DNA from: a virus
Lineage: Duplodnaviria > Caudoviricetes
Virus record (IMG/VR): IMGVR_UViG_3300033273_000162
Location: 1 to 52,777 of that record
Direction: 5' to 3' (one strand)
DNA: 52,777 nucleotides
Under the pieces are notes generated by a model. That model was not told the DNA's origin, made no database searches, and saw only the letters and a program-made list of their open reading frames with translations. Positions 46,701-52,777 of the stretch are shown here, piece after piece (positions within the stretch are counted from its first letter, which is position 1; the number at the start of each line of letters is the position of its first letter). The translations under genes were made by a program, and so were the position numbers.

Positions 46701-48000
46701 GATTAGTTCCTGTTTTTACAATCTTTGGATCAGATGTCTCAAAACCAGGACGAGAGACCTGAATCTGATCTCCAGGACTAGAGTATGGTTGTACTTGATT
46801 TGGTTCTAGATTATAGACGACACCAAAAGTCAGCAGCGAAATTGCACCACTGTTGATTGTAACTGGTTTATAAACAGACGTTCCTGCTGGATATGTCAAT
46901 GCTCCAGATGGTTGTCTGTTGTCAATAATAAACTGAGTAACAGTTTTGCTACTGAAGGTAATGGTTTCAGTACCAATCAGGAATGATCCCTTCTTCTCCC
47001 ATCCAAGAGTGGAAGATACATTTACTCTGTCTCCAGTGCTATGTGTGCCAGGAAATGTAGTTTCTAGTTTTGTTTTGGTGGAGATTGCAAAAGTACCATT
47101 TACCGTTTCTGGTGCTAGTACAATATTAAAGATCTGCTCGTTATCAGATGTGCCATCGGCATAAACATTATCAACAACTGCATCTGCATATCCATACTCA
47201 TCGGTAGCAGTCTGAATAACTTTCTTACCAATAAGATCTTTTGGATTACCAGAAACAACCTTACATTTTAGTGCAAATACATTGATCCAGTCAGAATCAG
47301 AAGACTTGTATGTAAAGTCTCTTGGTTTATAAACTTCTGGTTTGTTTGTATTATCTTTAGCAACAATGGTGTTAAAGATAAACTTAATGGAACTAGTTGT
47401 TCCCTTTGCTTTATAGAACTTGGAAATGTTCTTGATAAGGGTTCTCTTATCTACTTCACCTCTGAGATACTTCTCTGGGAAAGATCCTAGATACTGATTC
47501 TCAAAGTTCTTAACTAGAGCATATAAGAAAAGATTGCTTACATTAAAAACTTTCTGCCCAGCATTATGCGGTGCCGCATCTGTACTAGTAAAATTGCTTG
47601 CTTCATATAGATCACCAAGAGATGTGTTGCCACTAACACCTCTAGAGCAGTCTTGGAACTCTGTGTCGGTCCTTGTAGCATAGAAGATGATCTCATCATC
47701 AATGCGGATGTATCCGTTCTTCTTTGGGAAGGATTGTGCATCGGTTACAGTAATCGTAGTATCGCTATCTGTAACACTAGCTGCTAGACTATCATGCTGC
47801 TTGAGAATGTTTTTCTCGTAGTAATCGATATCAGCATACTTCTGAATGTTATTGATAACATCCAAAGTGCCACCTTGAACTTCCTGTGCTTCATAATACT
47901 TTTGAACGAACTTGCTAAAGAGTTCGTACTCAGTAGAAATGAATTCAGGAAGCTGCGACTCGATTAGAGTAGAAATTCTCTTAGTCTTTACAGCAGGCAT
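37741..48000 (-). CDS. gp7: Baseplate wedge initiator gp7, greatly expanded (3419 aa)
   Basis: ISTLIESQLPEFI, LIKNISKFYKAKGT..SIKFIF, DSDFYQDYSYVVKS...W.ELIK.TTHPAGFKLFG; lies between gp6 and gp8. Confidence 0.9.
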   Translation of the reverse strand: MPAVKTKRISTLIESQLPEFISTEYELFSKFVQKYYEAQEVQGGTLDVINNIQKYADIDYYEKNILKQHDSLAASVTDSDTTITVTDAQSFPKKNGYIRIDDEIIFYATRTDTEFQDCSRGVSGNTSLGDLYEASNFTSTDAAPHNAGQKVFNVSNLFLYALVKNFENQYLGSFPEKYLRGEVDKRTLIKNISKFYKAKGTTSSIKFIFNTIVAKDNTNKPEVYKPRDFTYKSSDSDWINVFALKCKVVSGNPKDLIGKKVIQTATDEYGYADAVVDNVYADGTSDNEQIFNIVLAPETVNGTFAISTKTKLETTFPGTHSTGDRVNVSSTLGWEKKGSFLIGTETITFSSKTVTQFIIDNRQPSGALTYPAGTSVYKPVTINSGAISLLTFGVVYNLEPNQVQPYSSPGDQIQVSRPGFETSDPKIVKTGTNQSRWITNQGVAPVIPTFPTIQSSLSQVTTNVSSIFADDQYYYITSSSFPSYRILDGSTVNEELLDQKILRIIRQKATRTTEVYKTPRRDVGILLNGVPIYGYKDHSSVRYGKLEEIKIDTQGRGYAKPPFVLIDQVPNKARAVLSGQVVERIIVDTQDIFPKTPEITITSGRDAEVRAVVTGGKVTSLIIDNPGEYYSSPPIVRIRDSAGRGRFATYNATVNTDGKITGFEKIDEGNFYNQNTVVVDIIPVGEDATGIPLLKEWNFNRFKRLENDLDTEYGYIFQNYNNALEYGYGHVGNPKSLRIELNDNLNNAGTEPATKTHSPIIGFAYDGNPIYGPFAHQDPLDAQSPIVRMTSGYTLNGTRKEGPSITQYPLGSFNNDYTYTHKSGTLDENNGRFCITPDFPKGTYAYFLTIDSNQVPQYPYILGENYYSLPVDSNYNSDINQDDVPKNSKKYFLPGMQGNGDNVIATINEVRSGTVDAIDVRRSSANFSVNSQLYFNNQGTEGSEVEAIISSVKGKSVSYLESKEDKVVKLTTIQSAYLFADDTLNQPSSGAFGSIVGTVRNDNTIVLKNVNGTFDQTGTFSASIKTFTVLLDQRSSYTKGATLSLTDGVNAPVATAEVLEGTASQNTVQIKVLTGTWVVNEDYFIQSDDLFNTSGTKIVKLTSLSDGLEPFEVNQSVALIETADAHGLGIGDKVTIDINPNDTTKTKTYYLRKRLYQKATLIPPKSNTTINDTGLGRFEILNGGADYTPGTYNNVPLTGGSGSGATAIVTVSDAGVVSNIQLQTRGSGYRKADYLGVDDESLERSGASQSTMRLVLYIDHVGFAAGTAQLIVDDATKFAAGDLITVGKEVLEITGINDSALSVLTGREGTTAVDHFDGQTVSLYKPTFNFTANYQIFTGNNSGYIQSYNRDTQEIVVVYDYATLTTNANKLTLSSTFFDGSNPQRLVFINSAEDLIYKFEFSEDGVTFTPNPNIDLQEYYKYVFDTSHSSLTGTYFDISPSKNYNLITAEKTESTILPGNSGAFTDVKFGFGSRLADNNYQTKRGTDFTNFYYFDKKNVVNSEGAYFKIVTDPLQGVKTLNYVTSNRFVYDIPSEPLWDGSGTITYTTTGQFAVGEINDVSIINLGLNYKKVPTIVGADINTDSRAKATVLFDIASQTISGVTVTDKGSSYVNPKVIITEGDGVDATFNVVVRNGEIFSLTVGSPGRGYTKAPTIEIVESDIEAFADSSTIGIPQSVSFVSNGGAFHLDKTVSSTFSSNYVVSLKDYTGNFSRGETVVQRVNGVEVFRAKVTEWRFGSRLLKLKDIQGIVRENVAIESLLNPISGIVTAVYTSTFTEQITSFYDNLGYYTSDRGRLGVSNQKMIDSDFYQDYSYVVKSKTPIDQWRELIKSTTHPAGFKLFGQVDVEATADTEMPAAAPRTQHFSVVQLWDPNKNKITIESTKQVTTQTIQTVESQRVRGGRGSAATSEFLFNEVRAFEFTLGAPFDGYYDTDGRLQGTTSFQIINDQGVPFFPADSKGLIVTLDGVLQEPDVAYTISGDQIIFSAPPLGPGTKLTGDGGETTSYKGVTFYGKVFQFKDSQYNTKHLRKLRNIFQRNGVWIDAANQIERNIDFIINETIGYAKATYPSLDWSTKQDDYEENIRFVLDAYQHDIRFGGNVKTIDYTSIFNQSSDYLYIQNNRTESSGIFSYATRLAKLAIRNWDFTDVSVNYLQGSNEITVTSTDNLAIGMFVSSGRSYPSGTKIVSIDSDTKVTVSNVALANSGGGGGAAVGTTTLTGSASDGTIATTTGQVPVGDTFDVPPGVTVTVPVSFSGTDQATFSWSGVNNGTFYDAANLIVANREYIISQSLTWAQGQYPSLNWGSLSTKCGRDIGHIIDAYVYHLKFGGNEKIVTAAQLYYRKNEYPYGEQLYYISDQLTETVATFEYAKNLMIQAMKNQLPTTDPNVLVDSVTPVCAEVESALNTYHDIVDTILTEGRGLVEKTQQNPNKSGNWASDLTYSNYNIIGDPLLPAQECNTVVSAMDSLYDNLNDVLLEESVTRSLPDYIDGETKEFELYWDDNSSVNTEEDEDLFLTINAVLQKPKFTENYPLEDSYWIDRTVIPNKIKFDVAPIWDQDLGAKTIGEPTAVEKVVGIGVGNYKRLTIDYNLVDGVRNGPFLILDVEDFTVQNIEQEDCLYVFLDGVLQRKEFSYTVSGPNISFNVPIQKEMKIDIRYLYGRDVGQILNIYDFAPDTYYSQGTFDFESTRISDLLKYDWMGDAVGLPIHVWQNRGDGTRNVIGEIIAPVVNGNSISFRLRGHNPEFESGLDFTFAPVGYYDRTFVITDADISNQTLTFSEDDLGRKLLRADDAIWRGTFFGRTFKNSFVPIANGDKIRVDGEDTFRSIKQLPGETTSKDGRIGEQLTDDVFGTVSVESYVGITRGEGLAVVANIENGSVVSLTWNQRSYEPITQPTAYQYYTPPVLNFVPKDGNGGGARANVLVSKGQVISVDLIDGGSGYTQAPQVIVARRYNILTERDIGVSLINVSVNPTVEDAFNMQVSSTIDAIGNSGLTPTIASEAQIITEFINTDRQITAEIQIEQENTIEDVKDEFFLSTELFADEVLVGTVSEEPIVVSAQLQDIVSLNSISTVSKAITTTVQNLIPNDALSNINFFETGAYLDLDFAANDTIAYIPDTTKFDRAGRLLIGNEVVEYNRKLSDRFLNILRGVDGTTPQFWGAGTFLRQIPEIAVATVGVVSVESESDVRMVSASASAGGFERDVQRQITTPEVSISPEVIPEVVFIPPNSGVVDYYSESIYIVDPIPTRAGEVDLIDLDITKRDGTVITARNSLFGVTFEYFSSALYIGCVGSTIGTFDIGFDAGTADVSSYTLADVEMYFPSLTLGDFTERDHSSYLLSGEKFTLVNPSIQNPVTISSSSGTIGTDVIVQNTTHFPTSGHLFTSAGSLISYTGKNTTTFTGCTHVSGPTTISSGDEIVPFVTT

Positions 48001-48005
48001 TTACT

Positions 48006-49802
48006 TTACTCTTGGTATGCAGTGAACGAGGAATTGGCAACATCAACGTCAAGATAAACCTCACGGAGTGCCTTGATATCATTAGACTTTGGTTTGACTC
48101 TAACAGAAATACGATTGTCGAAAAATGTACCCTTGATAATAGTTAAAGCATACATTTTCAATTCACCCTTTACATAATCAATATCGCCAACTTCCTTGTC
48201 AAGGACAACCTTTTCGCCAGATGCGCTATCTAGTGTATATAGGACAATTTTGCCATCTCTATCTTCGACATAAACATCGAAATTAGGATACTCAGTAATC
48301 CTAAATCCAGTGGATGATAAGACTGGTTCGTCACAATCTACGTCAAACTCGTTCTGGAAGCACACTTCATAGTAGAATGTAGAATTCAAAGAAGGATAGA
48401 AATCCTTTCTCATTGTTACAGAAGTTAAGTTTGAATTGATCGCTTTATCAGAATCATCAATAACACCAACCATTTTACTGTATCTGAACTTACCATTGAA
48501 CTTCTCAGTATCAGAAGTATCAAGATAAGACTGAACACCACCAATAACCTTGTCTCTAATCTGAGCAGCTGTCTGATCAGTCTTTAATCTGCTGTAGTAA
48601 ATCTTACTAGTTAGTTCAACATAGAGAATCGAAGGATCGATTAACTGTGGTTCTACTGAAGCAACGGTGTATTTCTTAAGTTCAGTAACGATTTGATTCT
48701 TTGTTAGTGATGTGAGGTAACTTGCATCTTTTGGTTTCAATGCAATGAAGACCTTTCCATACTGTGGTGGGTCTTGATCTTCACCACCAAAAATAATGAT
48801 GTCACTAGTAGCAGGATATACTTGGCGTACAATTGCCTCATAGTCCTGAGCGGTCACTGCACGGTCCTGTGTGCCGTATGCCTTAGGAGCGGTATATTTG
48901 ATCTTAGACGTGCTTTCGATCTCTTCACCGCCCGCAGAAGCGGTAGTAGAGGTGATTGATGTGGTGAATGCACTAGGAGATACACCATTTGGGTTCTCAA
49001 GCACACCAGAGAAAACAAAAGTCCTTACTCCGTTGCTCTCTGGACCTGCTGTGGTGAGGTAAGAAACTTCAATTCGTGCATTGTTCTCTAGTTTTTGTCC
49101 TAGAACGCCATCACCCATAAGAATTTCATATCTTTCATCCTCAATCTCGTCAAGGAAGAAGACCTTCGATGTGCCATCAACACCTAGAATATTATCTGCT
49201 ACAAGGTATGGTTCGTTAAAACTTCCACCAGTTGGATATACCTTTACTCTAATCGTGTTGGTGTCAATATTTTGATTGTCAAGAATAAATCTTTGACTCT
49301 TGAGTGCTGTATTAACAACAAATGTATTGACTAACTGTGTGCCTTCGTTGATCGCTACATCAGTAAAAGTCGCAACATCATTGATGACCTGTGCCTTTAC
49401 ATCGTCAAGTACAACATACTGATACACATTGTTGTCATAAGAAGCAATGAAACCTGTTCCTTTCTTCAGGATCAGTTCAGTATCAGTTGTTGGGTTAGTA
49501 TAATTTACAGTAAAAGAGACATACGCAGTAGGAGAGGTAGCACTCTTGGGTCTGTACCCTAGTTGCTTCGCAATCGCTACTACGTTGTCCCTCAAGGTGG
49601 CAGAATCAATGAATAGTTCATTGACTACCATATTGGTGTTAAACGCCGTATAATAGGTGTTATAGGCGAGTGTATCAATCAGCGTCGATAATGCCGATCC
49701 CTCAAAATCATAGTCAGTAAAATCTGACTGCGCTCTCAAGTAATCTTTGAGAGCTACTTTGATATCTTCAAAGTCTAAATTAGCAACCTGAGTATAAGGC
49801 AT
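48006..49802 (-). CDS. gp6: Baseplate wedge subunit gp6
   Basis: LDFEDIK..LKDYLRAQSDFTDYDFEGSALSTLIDTLAYNTYY, FIDSATLRDNVV, QDRAVTAQDY, PPQYGKVFI. Confidence 0.96.
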   Translation of the reverse strand: MPYTQVANLDFEDIKVALKDYLRAQSDFTDYDFEGSALSTLIDTLAYNTYYTAFNTNMVVNELFIDSATLRDNVVAIAKQLGYRPKSATSPTAYVSFTVNYTNPTTDTELILKKGTGFIASYDNNVYQYVVLDDVKAQVINDVATFTDVAINEGTQLVNTFVVNTALKSQRFILDNQNIDTNTIRVKVYPTGGSFNEPYLVADNILGVDGTSKVFFLDEIEDERYEILMGDGVLGQKLENNARIEVSYLTTAGPESNGVRTFVFSGVLENPNGVSPSAFTTSITSTTASAGGEEIESTSKIKYTAPKAYGTQDRAVTAQDYEAIVRQVYPATSDIIIFGGEDQDPPQYGKVFIALKPKDASYLTSLTKNQIVTELKKYTVASVEPQLIDPSILYVELTSKIYYSRLKTDQTAAQIRDKVIGGVQSYLDTSDTEKFNGKFRYSKMVGVIDDSDKAINSNLTSVTMRKDFYPSLNSTFYYEVCFQNEFDVDCDEPVLSSTGFRITEYPNFDVYVEDRDGKIVLYTLDSASGEKVVLDKEVGDIDYVKGELKMYALTIIKGTFFDNRISVRVKPKSNDIKALREVYLDVDVANSSFTAYQE

Positions 49803-50194
49803 TATCGTGTACGCTCTAAGAAGAAGTCTACCGCTACTGGTGTGTCATCTCTTCCTACAATAGTATAATGAAGTTCAACTTCATATCCATTGTTATCATA
49901 ATCTGGATTACAACGAATCTGATCTACAGAGATTCTCGGTTCATAGCGATTAAGAGTTTCTTTAATCTCTTTCTTGATAATACCTGCAGACGCAAAATCT
50001 AGGGGTTCGAACAAAATGTTCTGCACATCACACCCTAGATTTGGTTGAAATGGTCGCTCGCCCTTTCTAGTCAATAACAAACCTGTGATCGCCTGAACAA
50101 TCGCAGCCTTGTCCTTTACCTGCACCAAATCATCGGTAACAGGATGTTTTTTAAAAGTAACACTCAGATCTTTGAATGTCTGAAAGGTCGGCAT
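49802..50194 (-). CDS. gp25: Baseplate wedge subunit gp25 (GPW/gp25 family)
   Basis: FKDLSVTFKKHPVTDDL, LLLTRKGERPFQPNLG, LFEP, YEPRI. Confidence 0.95.
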   Translation of the reverse strand: MPTFQTFKDLSVTFKKHPVTDDLVQVKDKAAIVQAITGLLLTRKGERPFQPNLGCDVQNILFEPLDFASAGIIKKEIKETLNRYEPRISVDQIRCNPDYDNNGYEVELHYTIVGRDDTPVAVDFFLERTR

Positions 50195-50218
50195 TTAGAC
50201 ACAGCAATAGGCTGTTTT

Positions 50219-50225
50219 TATTTAT
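50219..50225 (-). promoter_or_regulatory. Late promoter ATAAATA for gp25-gp6-gp7
   Basis: Intergenic, 24 nt upstream of the gp25 ATG. Confidence 0.8.
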
Positions 50226-50441
50226 TCACTCCGTCCAACGCTCTACAAAATCATCAAAACCACCAGCGCCTCCGCAAGGGCGTTCTAGACGGTCTTCAGG
50301 CAAAGGATATAGTTCTTCCCTTTTCTTTGCCTCTCGTTGCTTCCTAGCAAGTTCTAGGTAACGATCAGCATCAGTTTCAGTAATAAGTGTCATACCCTCA
50401 TCAATAAAGTTTTGTCCTTTATCAACTCTGCTGTTGCCCAT
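50226..50441 (-). CDS. Small hypothetical protein (71 aa)
   Basis: MGNSRVDKGQNFIDEGMTLITETDADRYL; start moved to the ATG at 50441, which follows a purine-rich GGAGAAAGGAG RBS region. Confidence 0.75.
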   Translation of the reverse strand: MGNSRVDKGQNFIDEGMTLITETDADRYLELARKQREAKKREELYPLPEDRLERPCGGAGGFDDFVERWTE

Positions 50442-51087
50442 CTCCTTTCTCCTTTGGTGTTTGCCAAAAATAATCATCAGTGTCCCCTAAGCGTCCCCAG
50501 TCGATTCCTGCCTCTACTTGATATTCTATGGTGGATACCTTGAAATCAGGGAATTGGGGCGTCTCAGGGGTGATAGAGAGGTCATACAGACGCATCCTGT
50601 TATTGGGATACAATGCAAACTGACCATTCTCTAATGCAATACAATTATGTGACTTATGCTCTTGGGGAGTCTCACTCACATTATTATCTATCACATCGAT
50701 GTTAGCATGATAATTGTCTAACGTGAATAGATACTGTCCTCGTAACAATCCGTGATCTCTCGTGAAGATCTCGCAGTCCATTGTAGAAACAAAACCTTTC
50801 TGAATCGCTGTTACCCCATAATCCATACAATTCCAAAATTGTAGATTCTCTAGAGATAAATCAGGTGTCGGTGTTTTCGGCGCTCGGAGAAATGCACCGA
50901 TCGGAAGTTTGTCATACATCGCACCATACTCTGGTAAGTACGTCTCAAAATAAAAAGCGCGTCCAGGTATGCTCTTTGCACATACCCAGACGCCCTCAAC
51001 AAACTCCCCATGTCCATCCTGATGATCTCGTAAGTATTCCTTACGTACCCAGACTTTCTGTGCAGGGAGATTGCAAATTAAATTCAC
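50422..51087 (-). CDS. Conserved phage hypothetical protein (221 aa)
   Basis: VWVRKEYLRDHQDGHGEF, GAMYDKLPI.AF, LQFWNC, YLFTLD, EHKSHN...NGQFALYPNNR; GTG start overlaps the upstream stop (GTGA). Confidence 0.85.
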   Translation of the reverse strand: MNLICNLPAQKVWVRKEYLRDHQDGHGEFVEGVWVCAKSIPGRAFYFETYLPEYGAMYDKLPIGAFLRAPKTPTPDLSLENLQFWNCMDYGVTAIQKGFVSTMDCEIFTRDHGLLRGQYLFTLDNYHANIDVIDNNVSETPQEHKSHNCIALENGQFALYPNNRMRLYDLSITPETPQFPDFKVSTIEYQVEAGIDWGRLGDTDDYFWQTPKEKGDGQQQS

Positions 51088-51230
51088 CGACCTTGACCGC
51101 GATATTTCTTCTTCGCGTTATTCCGAGATGTTGCGGCATACTTCGTATTCTTCGACGAACCCTGCCGAGTAGTCTTCGGTTTGCCTTCGATAAACGTACC
51201 GCCACTCAAACCAATTCGTGCTTTTGCCAT
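51084..51230 (-). CDS. Small highly basic protein (48 aa), not in the ORF track
   Basis: MAKARIGLSGGTFIEGKPKTTRQGSSKNTKYAATSRNNAKKKYRGQGR*; exactly fills the gap between the PAAR gene and the 221-aa gene. Confidence 0.85.
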   Translation of the reverse strand: MAKARIGLSGGTFIEGKPKTTRQGSSKNTKYAATSRNNAKKKYRGQGR

Positions 51231-51232
51231 AG

Positions 51233-51622
51233 TTAATTCTCAAATGATGAACCAATGATTATTGTAGGATGTTGGAACGGTCCTGTCAAGGGTCTGGGTG
51301 AACCTCCTATCACTAACTGTGCATCGTCCCCAGTAACCGCAGGTAACTTCCCATTGATAAAGACAGTTGTGTTCACTGTTGGAGTAAGTCTCCTAGTTCC
51401 TGGTTGACATGGTAAAGGACTTAACGGATTGACTTTCGTTGGTCCTGATATATCATCACATTCATAAAAAGGTTGTGTAGTACCTGCAATGATCTCTAAT
51501 GTCTCGTTATTGACCTTCACAGTCGTCTCTACGGGCGTTCCACCTAGTGCTTGGGGTGGATATATACACGTCCCATCTGTAGACGTTGTATCGACCGTTT
51601 CTGTGCTTGCTAAGAATGCCAT
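51233..51622 (-). CDS. PAAR-like spike-tip protein (gp5.4-like)
   Basis: TVKVNN..., TVFINGKLPAVTGD and TIIIG repeats, Cys/His residues; baseplate neighbourhood. Confidence 0.75.
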   Translation of the reverse strand: MAFLASTETVDTTSTDGTCIYPPQALGGTPVETTVKVNNETLEIIAGTTQPFYECDDISGPTKVNPLSPLPCQPGTRRLTPTVNTTVFINGKLPAVTGDDAQLVIGGSPRPLTGPFQHPTIIIGSSFEN

Positions 51623-51852
51623 TACACTGCCCTTGAAACTTTTACTAGATCCTTCTTAAGACCTTCGATATTATTATGTAGATAATCTAATGTCCTACCA
51701 ATCGTCTCGTACTCTTCCGAGTCTGGGCGCTTATACATCAAGGTGGGGCGCTCTAGCTGGGAGATCCGTTGGTCCAGGCTCGCTAACCTCTCGGACAGCC
51801 ATAGGAGTGTTCTCTCCTGCTCGCTCAACCTCTGCAGTAACTCTTCCATCAT
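51622..51852 (-). CDS. Small coiled-coil hypothetical protein
   Basis: Strong GAGGTGAT RBS before the ATG at 51852; LERPTLMYKRPDSEEYETIGRTLDYLHNNIE; coupled to the PAAR gene by TAATG. Confidence 0.8.
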   Translation of the reverse strand: MMEELLQRLSEQERTLLWLSERLASLDQRISQLERPTLMYKRPDSEEYETIGRTLDYLHNNIEGLKKDLVKVSRAV

Positions 51853-51964
51853 TTTGATCACCTCTTAAGAACGCATTGGACGCACGACTCTCAAACTCAT
51901 CGCAGAACGCATCAAAGTTCTCTAGAATTTTATCGTAGTCTGTAAAATCAACTTTTTGGGGCAT
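51731..51964 (-). CDS. Small acidic hypothetical protein (77 aa), first gene after the late promoter
   Basis: DFTDYDKILENFDAFCDEFESRASNAF looks protein-like; the C-terminal half overlaps the next gene. Confidence 0.65.
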   Translation of the reverse strand: MPQKVDFTDYDKILENFDAFCDEFESRASNAFLRGDQNDGRVTAEVERAGENTPMAVREVSEPGPTDLPARAPHLDV

Positions 51965-52006
51965 TTTTTTCTGGGCGAATTTTTTTATATACGACCTTTC
52001 GCAAAA

Positions 52007-52013
52007 TATTTAT
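52007..52013 (-). promoter_or_regulatory. Late promoter ATAAATA opening the structural region
   Basis: Intergenic, 42 nt upstream of the ATG at 51964 and downstream of a terminator. Confidence 0.75.
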
Positions 52014-52085
52014 CGGTCGTCTGGATACTTTTGTAGGTTAGGGATGTTTGGGTTTTTTGGGGATCGCTTGGCGACCCGCTAGTAC

Positions 52086-52115
52086 AAAAATACCCCCCAA
52101 CATACTGTCAGGGGG
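52086..52115 (-). terminator. Rho-independent terminator ending the early-type gene block
   Basis: Minus strand reads CCCCCTGACA-GTA-TGTTGGGGG-GTA-TTTTT, just after the HicA-like stop. Confidence 0.85.
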
Positions 52116-52124
52116 CGGGGTGTG

Positions 52125-52295
52125 CTATGCTGCTGTGAGTTGCTTTGCGATGTTGTGGGCGACGAAGGGGCGGCATCGGTAGGGGATGGTGATCTGCTCG
52201 CTGTCGCCTCGCCTCCAGATCTCATGCTTGCCGCCGTTGCGGTGCTTAATCCATCCCTCTACCTTGGCGAGTTTCCTGAGTTGCTTGTCTGTCAT
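52125..52295 (-). CDS. hicA: HicA-family mRNA-interferase-like protein (56 aa), not in the ORF track
   Basis: MTDKQLRKLAKVEGWIKHRNGGKHEIWRRGDSEQITIPYRCRPFVAHNIAKQLTAA*: L...GW...R.GG.H.I.......TIP....I.KQ pattern with the catalytic His position; ATGA overlap with the upstream ORF. Confidence 0.75.
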   Translation of the reverse strand: MTDKQLRKLAKVEGWIKHRNGGKHEIWRRGDSEQITIPYRCRPFVAHNIAKQLTAA

Positions 52296-52525
52296 GCTTT
52301 GCGGGTTGCTTGCTTAGTGGATCGCTTGCCCTGTAGTCCCTGCCCTTGTGCGCCTCGGGCGGTCCTGCTGCTATCCCTCACGCTTTTATAAGATGGGAGA
52401 GCGAAGGACTTGCCAGCGGCAACGCGGGTCATGACGAGATCACGGCGGCGTGGTTTGGCAGGTGCTAGGCGGGTCACCGTGTAGGTGCCGTCAGCGATGC
52501 CCTGCTCTAAGGTCTTCAGATCCAT
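52292..52525 (-). CDS. Small basic hypothetical protein (77 aa)
   Basis: ATG just downstream of a TAGAAT -10 element; stop overlaps the HicA-like start. Confidence 0.75.
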   Translation of the reverse strand: MDLKTLEQGIADGTYTVTRLAPAKPRRRDLVMTRVAAGKSFALPSYKSVRDSSRTARGAQGQGLQGKRSTKQATRKA

Positions 52526-52547
52526 GGGGTGCTGTGGTGATGTGGTT

Positions 52548-52597
52548 ATTCTACAGGGAAGGGGGTGCTATGGGCACCCCCTGTTGCATTTCTTCAC
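52548..52597 (-). promoter_or_regulatory. Putative early (host sigma70-type) promoter
   Basis: TAGAAT at 52553-52548; weak -35 inside the inverted repeat GGGGGTGC-ccata-GCACCCCC (52561-52581). Confidence 0.55.
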
Positions 52598-52776
52598 AGA
52601 TCGCTCAGCAGTTCGTTCATCTCATCGGCATCGATGGCGGGGTCATCCCATGCCACACCGTCGCCAGTCTTGACGAGGTAGCGTCCGACCATGCCGTCAG
52701 TCATGCAACGAACGAACTTGTCCCATGGGGTCTCGTCGTCAGAGCAGAACTTCACGCACGCCTTGGCGGTGTTGTA
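52594..52776 (-). CDS. C-terminal part of a small phage hypothetical protein (truncated by the window edge)
   Basis: Open frame YNTAKACVKFCSDDETPWDKFVRCMTDGMVGRYLVKTGDGVAWDDPAIDADEMNELLSDL*. Confidence 0.7.
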   Translation of the reverse strand, partial: YNTAKACVKFCSDDETPWDKFVRCMTDGMVGRYLVKTGDGVAWDDPAIDADEMNELLSDL

Positions 52777-52777
52777 A

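Noticed and set aside
12357-48000. Inteins or introns as the explanation for the giant ORFs
   Set aside because: No C...HN-(C/S/T) intein ends or LAGLIDADG/HNH motifs were recognised and the frames are uninterrupted; size is explained by domain insertions.
737-51236. Dozens of 60-180 aa plus-strand and alternate-frame ORFs in the ORF track
   Set aside because: They lie within long minus-strand genes with clear motifs, lack RBSs or recognisable domains, and are expected shadows of biased codon usage.
51991-52020. ACGACC/GGTCGT stem enclosing the late promoter at 52007-52013
   Set aside because: Only 6 bp with a large loop, and it does not cover an RBS; too weak to claim as a third regulatory hairpin.
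52122-52673. Plus-strand ORFs 52122-52391 and 52485-52673
   Set aside because: They are antisense to a coherent minus-strand promoter-ORF-ORF-terminator unit; GC richness explains the open frames.
1-52777. tRNA, rRNA, integrase or transposase genes
   Set aside because: Intergenic gaps are nearly all under 70 nt, and no cloverleaf or recombinase motifs were seen by eye; a tRNAscan/Infernal run would be needed to exclude them formally.

Overview
The window is a T4-like marine cyanomyovirus (Kyanoviridae-type) genome segment with essentially all genes on the minus strand. In transcription order (right to left) it starts with a short GC-richer block of small early-type genes that includes an un-called HicA-like ORF. 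After a terminator comes the late structural region: small conserved ORFs, a PAAR protein, baseplate gp25-gp6-gp7 (3419 aa)-gp8, a VrlC/DUF4815-like protein (2698 aa), 1483-aa and 3377-aa fibre proteins and two LamG-like lectins. Next is a tightly coupled late operon joining a 704-aa fibre-like protein and two accessory proteins to six enzymes: four Fe/2OG-type oxygenases, a flavin-dependent halogenase and a U32 Fe-S/methyltransferase fusion. The window ends with neck genes gp13 and gp14 (partial). Most striking are: (1) four helical domains in gp7 and the giant fibre that resemble phycobiliprotein subunits, including equivalents of both bilin-attachment cysteines; (2) multi-level Russian-doll domain insertions in the giant fibre; (3) the fibre-linked tailoring-enzyme operon; (4) late promoters embedded in RBS-occluding or terminator hairpins. 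All family calls come from motif recognition by eye; no database searches were run.
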